Shown piece after piece: positions 61,380-64,000 of a stretch of DNA of 64,000 nucleotides (position 1 is the first letter of the stretch; every line of letters starts with the position of its first letter). This stretch comes from an uncultured delta proteobacterium (GTDB taxonomy: Bacteria; Desulfobacterota; Binatia; UBA9968): NCBI GenBank assembly GCA_963728565.1, contig CAVSLC010000015.1, positions 8,546 to 72,545 on the forward strand. The letters are read 5' to 3'. A program made the position numbers and the translations under genes. The notes beneath the pieces were generated by a model, which worked only from the letters and a program-made list of their open reading frames with translations, ran no database searches and was not told the DNA's origin.

Positions 61380-62608
61380 AAGACTCCTTTGGCTCTAATA
61401 CCGGTGAACGAGTCGATATCGATCACCTTGGCAGATTCTTCGCGCAGAGGAACCCCGTTCGGAACTCCTCCTTTTTGCATCGTCTCAATCGCGCCGAGAA
61501 TGATTTTTCGCAGCAGGATGACGCCCTTGTCCGAAGTTCCAAGCTGCTCTTTACGCTCGGCGATGGTTCCCTGCGTTGACTGGCTCATAATGTCTTCGCT
61601 GCGGACGCTGCCGCGAAAAGGCGAGTACCGGCGCTGGTCGTAATCTTTCTTTTGCAGTTTCGGCGCAATGCGACGGCTCGGCTCAAGCTTCTGAAAAAAA
61701 TCCGGATCGGGACCGGTGTAATGGTTGACGGTGAACAGCGTGAAATGATCATCGTCGCTGGGCGTCACAAACATAAAATGCGCGTTGTGCGAGCCTGCGG
61801 TCAGCGCCTCTTTGGATTTTTCAAAATGGGTAAATTCGGTATCGCCGATTTGCAAGATACTCGGCAGAGCAAAGCTCTTCTCATCGACGTACTCAGTATC
61901 GGCTGTCGGTCCTGGTTTGCGCGATATTACTTTCATGCCGTAGGAAGTTTCCACCGCGTCAAAAGGCGGAATGTCTTTGAAATTAAAAAACCAGCTGCGC
62001 CAGGTGCCGTCGTTGGGATCCGCGCGATGGAGGATCGAAAAGTGCGCCGGGTCGGCGCCATTCTCGATGAAATTAAACCAATTATAATCATACTGGCGGG
62101 TCGCTTCTAAAGATCTCTGCCCATTTGGGTCGACCAAAGCTCTATACTGCGGCAATGGCGGCGGCCTTTCTTGCTCGGGACCCATATAGGCGAAAATCAA
62201 TCCGCCGAGTTCCGCAACGGGATAGGAGAGATGCTTTACTTTGCGGCAAAAAATACTTCCCTCAGGTTCCGCCGGTTGCTCCAAGCATTGACCGGAGACA
62301 TCGAACAACCACCCGTGATACGGGCAGCGAATCCCGCCGTTCTCGATATCGCCATACTCCAGAGAGCTGCCGCGGTGCGGGCAGTGAAGGCCAAGTAACC
62401 CAATACTGCGGCGATCGTCGCGAAACAAAACCAATTCCTCACCCAGCACTCTAACGGCTCGAGGGATGTCCCGCAGCTCACCGGCGACGCCAACGGCCAG
62501 CCAATAGCGGCGAAACCAATCTCCCGCGGGAGTGCCACGACCGACGCGGCACAGGTCGCTTAGAGAAGCTTTGCCTGATTTCTCCATTGTGTCCCGTGGA
62601 CTCCTCAT
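61376..62608 (-). CDS. Rieske non-heme iron oxygenase, paralog of 56687-57922
   Basis: CPHRG...CPYHG; ENGADPAHFSILH; SEDIM. Confidence 0.92.
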   Translation of the reverse strand: MRSPRDTMEKSGKASLSDLCRVGRGTPAGDWFRRYWLAVGVAGELRDIPRAVRVLGEELVLFRDDRRSIGLLGLHCPHRGSSLEYGDIENGGIRCPYHGWLFDVSGQCLEQPAEPEGSIFCRKVKHLSYPVAELGGLIFAYMGPEQERPPPLPQYRALVDPNGQRSLEATRQYDYNWFNFIENGADPAHFSILHRADPNDGTWRSWFFNFKDIPPFDAVETSYGMKVISRKPGPTADTEYVDEKSFALPSILQIGDTEFTHFEKSKEALTAGSHNAHFMFVTPSDDDHFTLFTVNHYTGPDPDFFQKLEPSRRIAPKLQKKDYDQRRYSPFRGSVRSEDIMSQSTQGTIAERKEQLGTSDKGVILLRKIILGAIETMQKGGVPNGVPLREESAKVIDIDSFTGIRAKGVF

Positions 62609-62649
62609 CTACCGCCGATCCTATCGAGGCAGTTGAACTGGTGTCAATC

Positions 62650-62683
62650 TTAATTTACTTAATGATCAGTTTAATTTTTCTAA
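62650..62683. promoter_or_regulatory. Putative LysR binding sites in the divergent promoter
   Basis: T-N11-A boxes ttaatttacttaa (62650) and ttaatttttctaa (62671). Confidence 0.5.
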
Positions 62684-62693
62684 AGTATTTTTT

Positions 62694-63709
62694 ATGGAGA
62701 TCAGGCAGCTAAATAGTTTTTGTTGGATCGTAAAAAGCGGCTCCTTAAAGGATGCCGCCAAGCGTTGTTTTCTCACTCCTTCCGCTTTATCCCTGCAGAT
62801 CAAGGCACTAGAACAGGAGCTCGCCTTGAAGCTTTTCGATCATAAGGGACGCAAGCTGGAGCTCACGCCGCAAGGTGAAATCTTCTATGTTGAAGCCAGA
62901 AAGGTACTCAACTCGGTCGAGGAGGCAAAAGAAAAACTAAAAATCATGCCGCCGATTTTAGCGGGAAAATCTCTCTGGCGGCTCCGGCATGCCTGCGTTA
63001 TTTCTATCTGCCGAGCTTTGCCCGTTTCCGCGCCGCGTACCCTGCCATCAAATTAAGCATTCTTGCCAGGAGCCACGCCAATGCAATCTCGATGGCGCGG
63101 TCGGGTGACGCCGATCTGGCGATGGGTCTGTTCCCGCATTCTTCTGTCGATCTCGAAGAGATTCCGCTGATTACGCCCAAATTAACCTTGATTATTCCGC
63201 GCCGAGGCGTGCGCTTTACCTTCAGACAAATCGGCTTGAAAGAGCTGTCGCAGCAACCGATGGTCTTGCTGCAGCCTGTCACTACCACAAGAGCAGTGAT
63301 CGACGGGGCATTCCGGAAAAACAATCTCAAGATGCGCGCTGAAATGGAAGCGAGCACTTGCGTCGAAATCAAGCGCTATGTCGCCAGTGCGATCGGCATC
63401 GGCATTATTCATGACATCTGCCTCGAACCGGAGGACAACAGCCGATTTCGCAGCGTAAATCTCGAAAATATTTTTCCTCATCCTGGAGCAAGGCTGATCT
63501 ACAACCCATCGAAAAGCCTGAGCGACTCACATCAGAAGCTCATCGAGCTTCGTTCGCTTTGTCTCGGGCTGATGCGCGCCTTCGGTGCCTTGCAATTATT
63601 ATGTTGCTCTCGCTGCTCGTCGCCGCCGTACGTGATCTTGACGGGGCTACTTCCTCTTCGGACTCCAGTATTTGGTAGGAAAGTAGTCGCAGAACCCTCG
63701 AGATGGTAG
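62694..63709 (+). pseudogene. LysR-type regulator with a frameshift in the A-run near 62940 (3' end uncertain)
   Basis: HTH AAKRCFLTPSALSLQIKALE; substrate-binding domain continues in another frame. Confidence 0.85.
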
Positions 63710-64000
63710 CACGGCTACGGGTGTGGTCTTCAAAGAGCCAATATCTTTTCGGACATGGCGAAACAAGGCTTCATAAACCGACTTATCTTTGCTAAATGTC
63801 TTCGGTCGGTCAACGGCAAGGTTTTACAAGCTTCTTTCAAACTCTGAGACGCTTGGGCTTCTCTCGTTAGAGTAGATCGCGCTGCGGTTTTATTGAGAAG
63901 TCGTTCTAGACTAAAGTTGGGCGAACATAATCTCCAAGGCGGCCGCAGATGGATATGTCGATGCACCTGGAGAGCGTGTGATTAAAAGTATTGTAATTGT

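Noticed and set aside
63710-64000. Terminal 78-aa ORF
   Set aside because: No recognisable features, and it lies at the window edge.

Overview
Bacterial window of moderate-high GC in two parts. The expansion of orphan NMT1/SsuA and Bug/TctC binding proteins, UbiD, amidohydrolase and Rieske genes resembles Ca. Binatia/Binatota genomes, but that taxonomic call is inference only. (1) About 4.4-33 kb is an accessory mosaic. Small cargo modules (Bug + heme-oxygenase-like diiron enzyme + VOC, two glycosyltransferases, Hsp20, a GAPDH/pseudo-GAPDH pair, a DASS transporter, a hydrolase, toxin-antitoxin and defence relics) are separated by about ten remnants of three REP-associated tyrosine transposase (RAYT) families. 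Two different IS110/IS1111 elements sit in GGGGTC-type RAYT terminal motifs. For both, the window also holds an empty copy of the target site, and the 3' non-coding region has a hairpin whose loop matches the target (bridge/seek RNA). (2) About 33-63 kb is a mostly minus-strand catabolic island: 4 alpha and 3 beta ComDE-like ThDP subunits, 3 UbiD decarboxylases, 2 Rieske oxygenases, a Mo-hydroxylase large subunit coupled to a diiron oxidase, 2 extended SDRs, a DapA-type aldolase, a cupin, many orphan binding proteins and a divergent LysR. Several genes carry single-base frameshifts that may be sequencing errors. No rRNA, tRNA or CRISPR array was seen. All family calls come from motif recognition by eye, not database searches.
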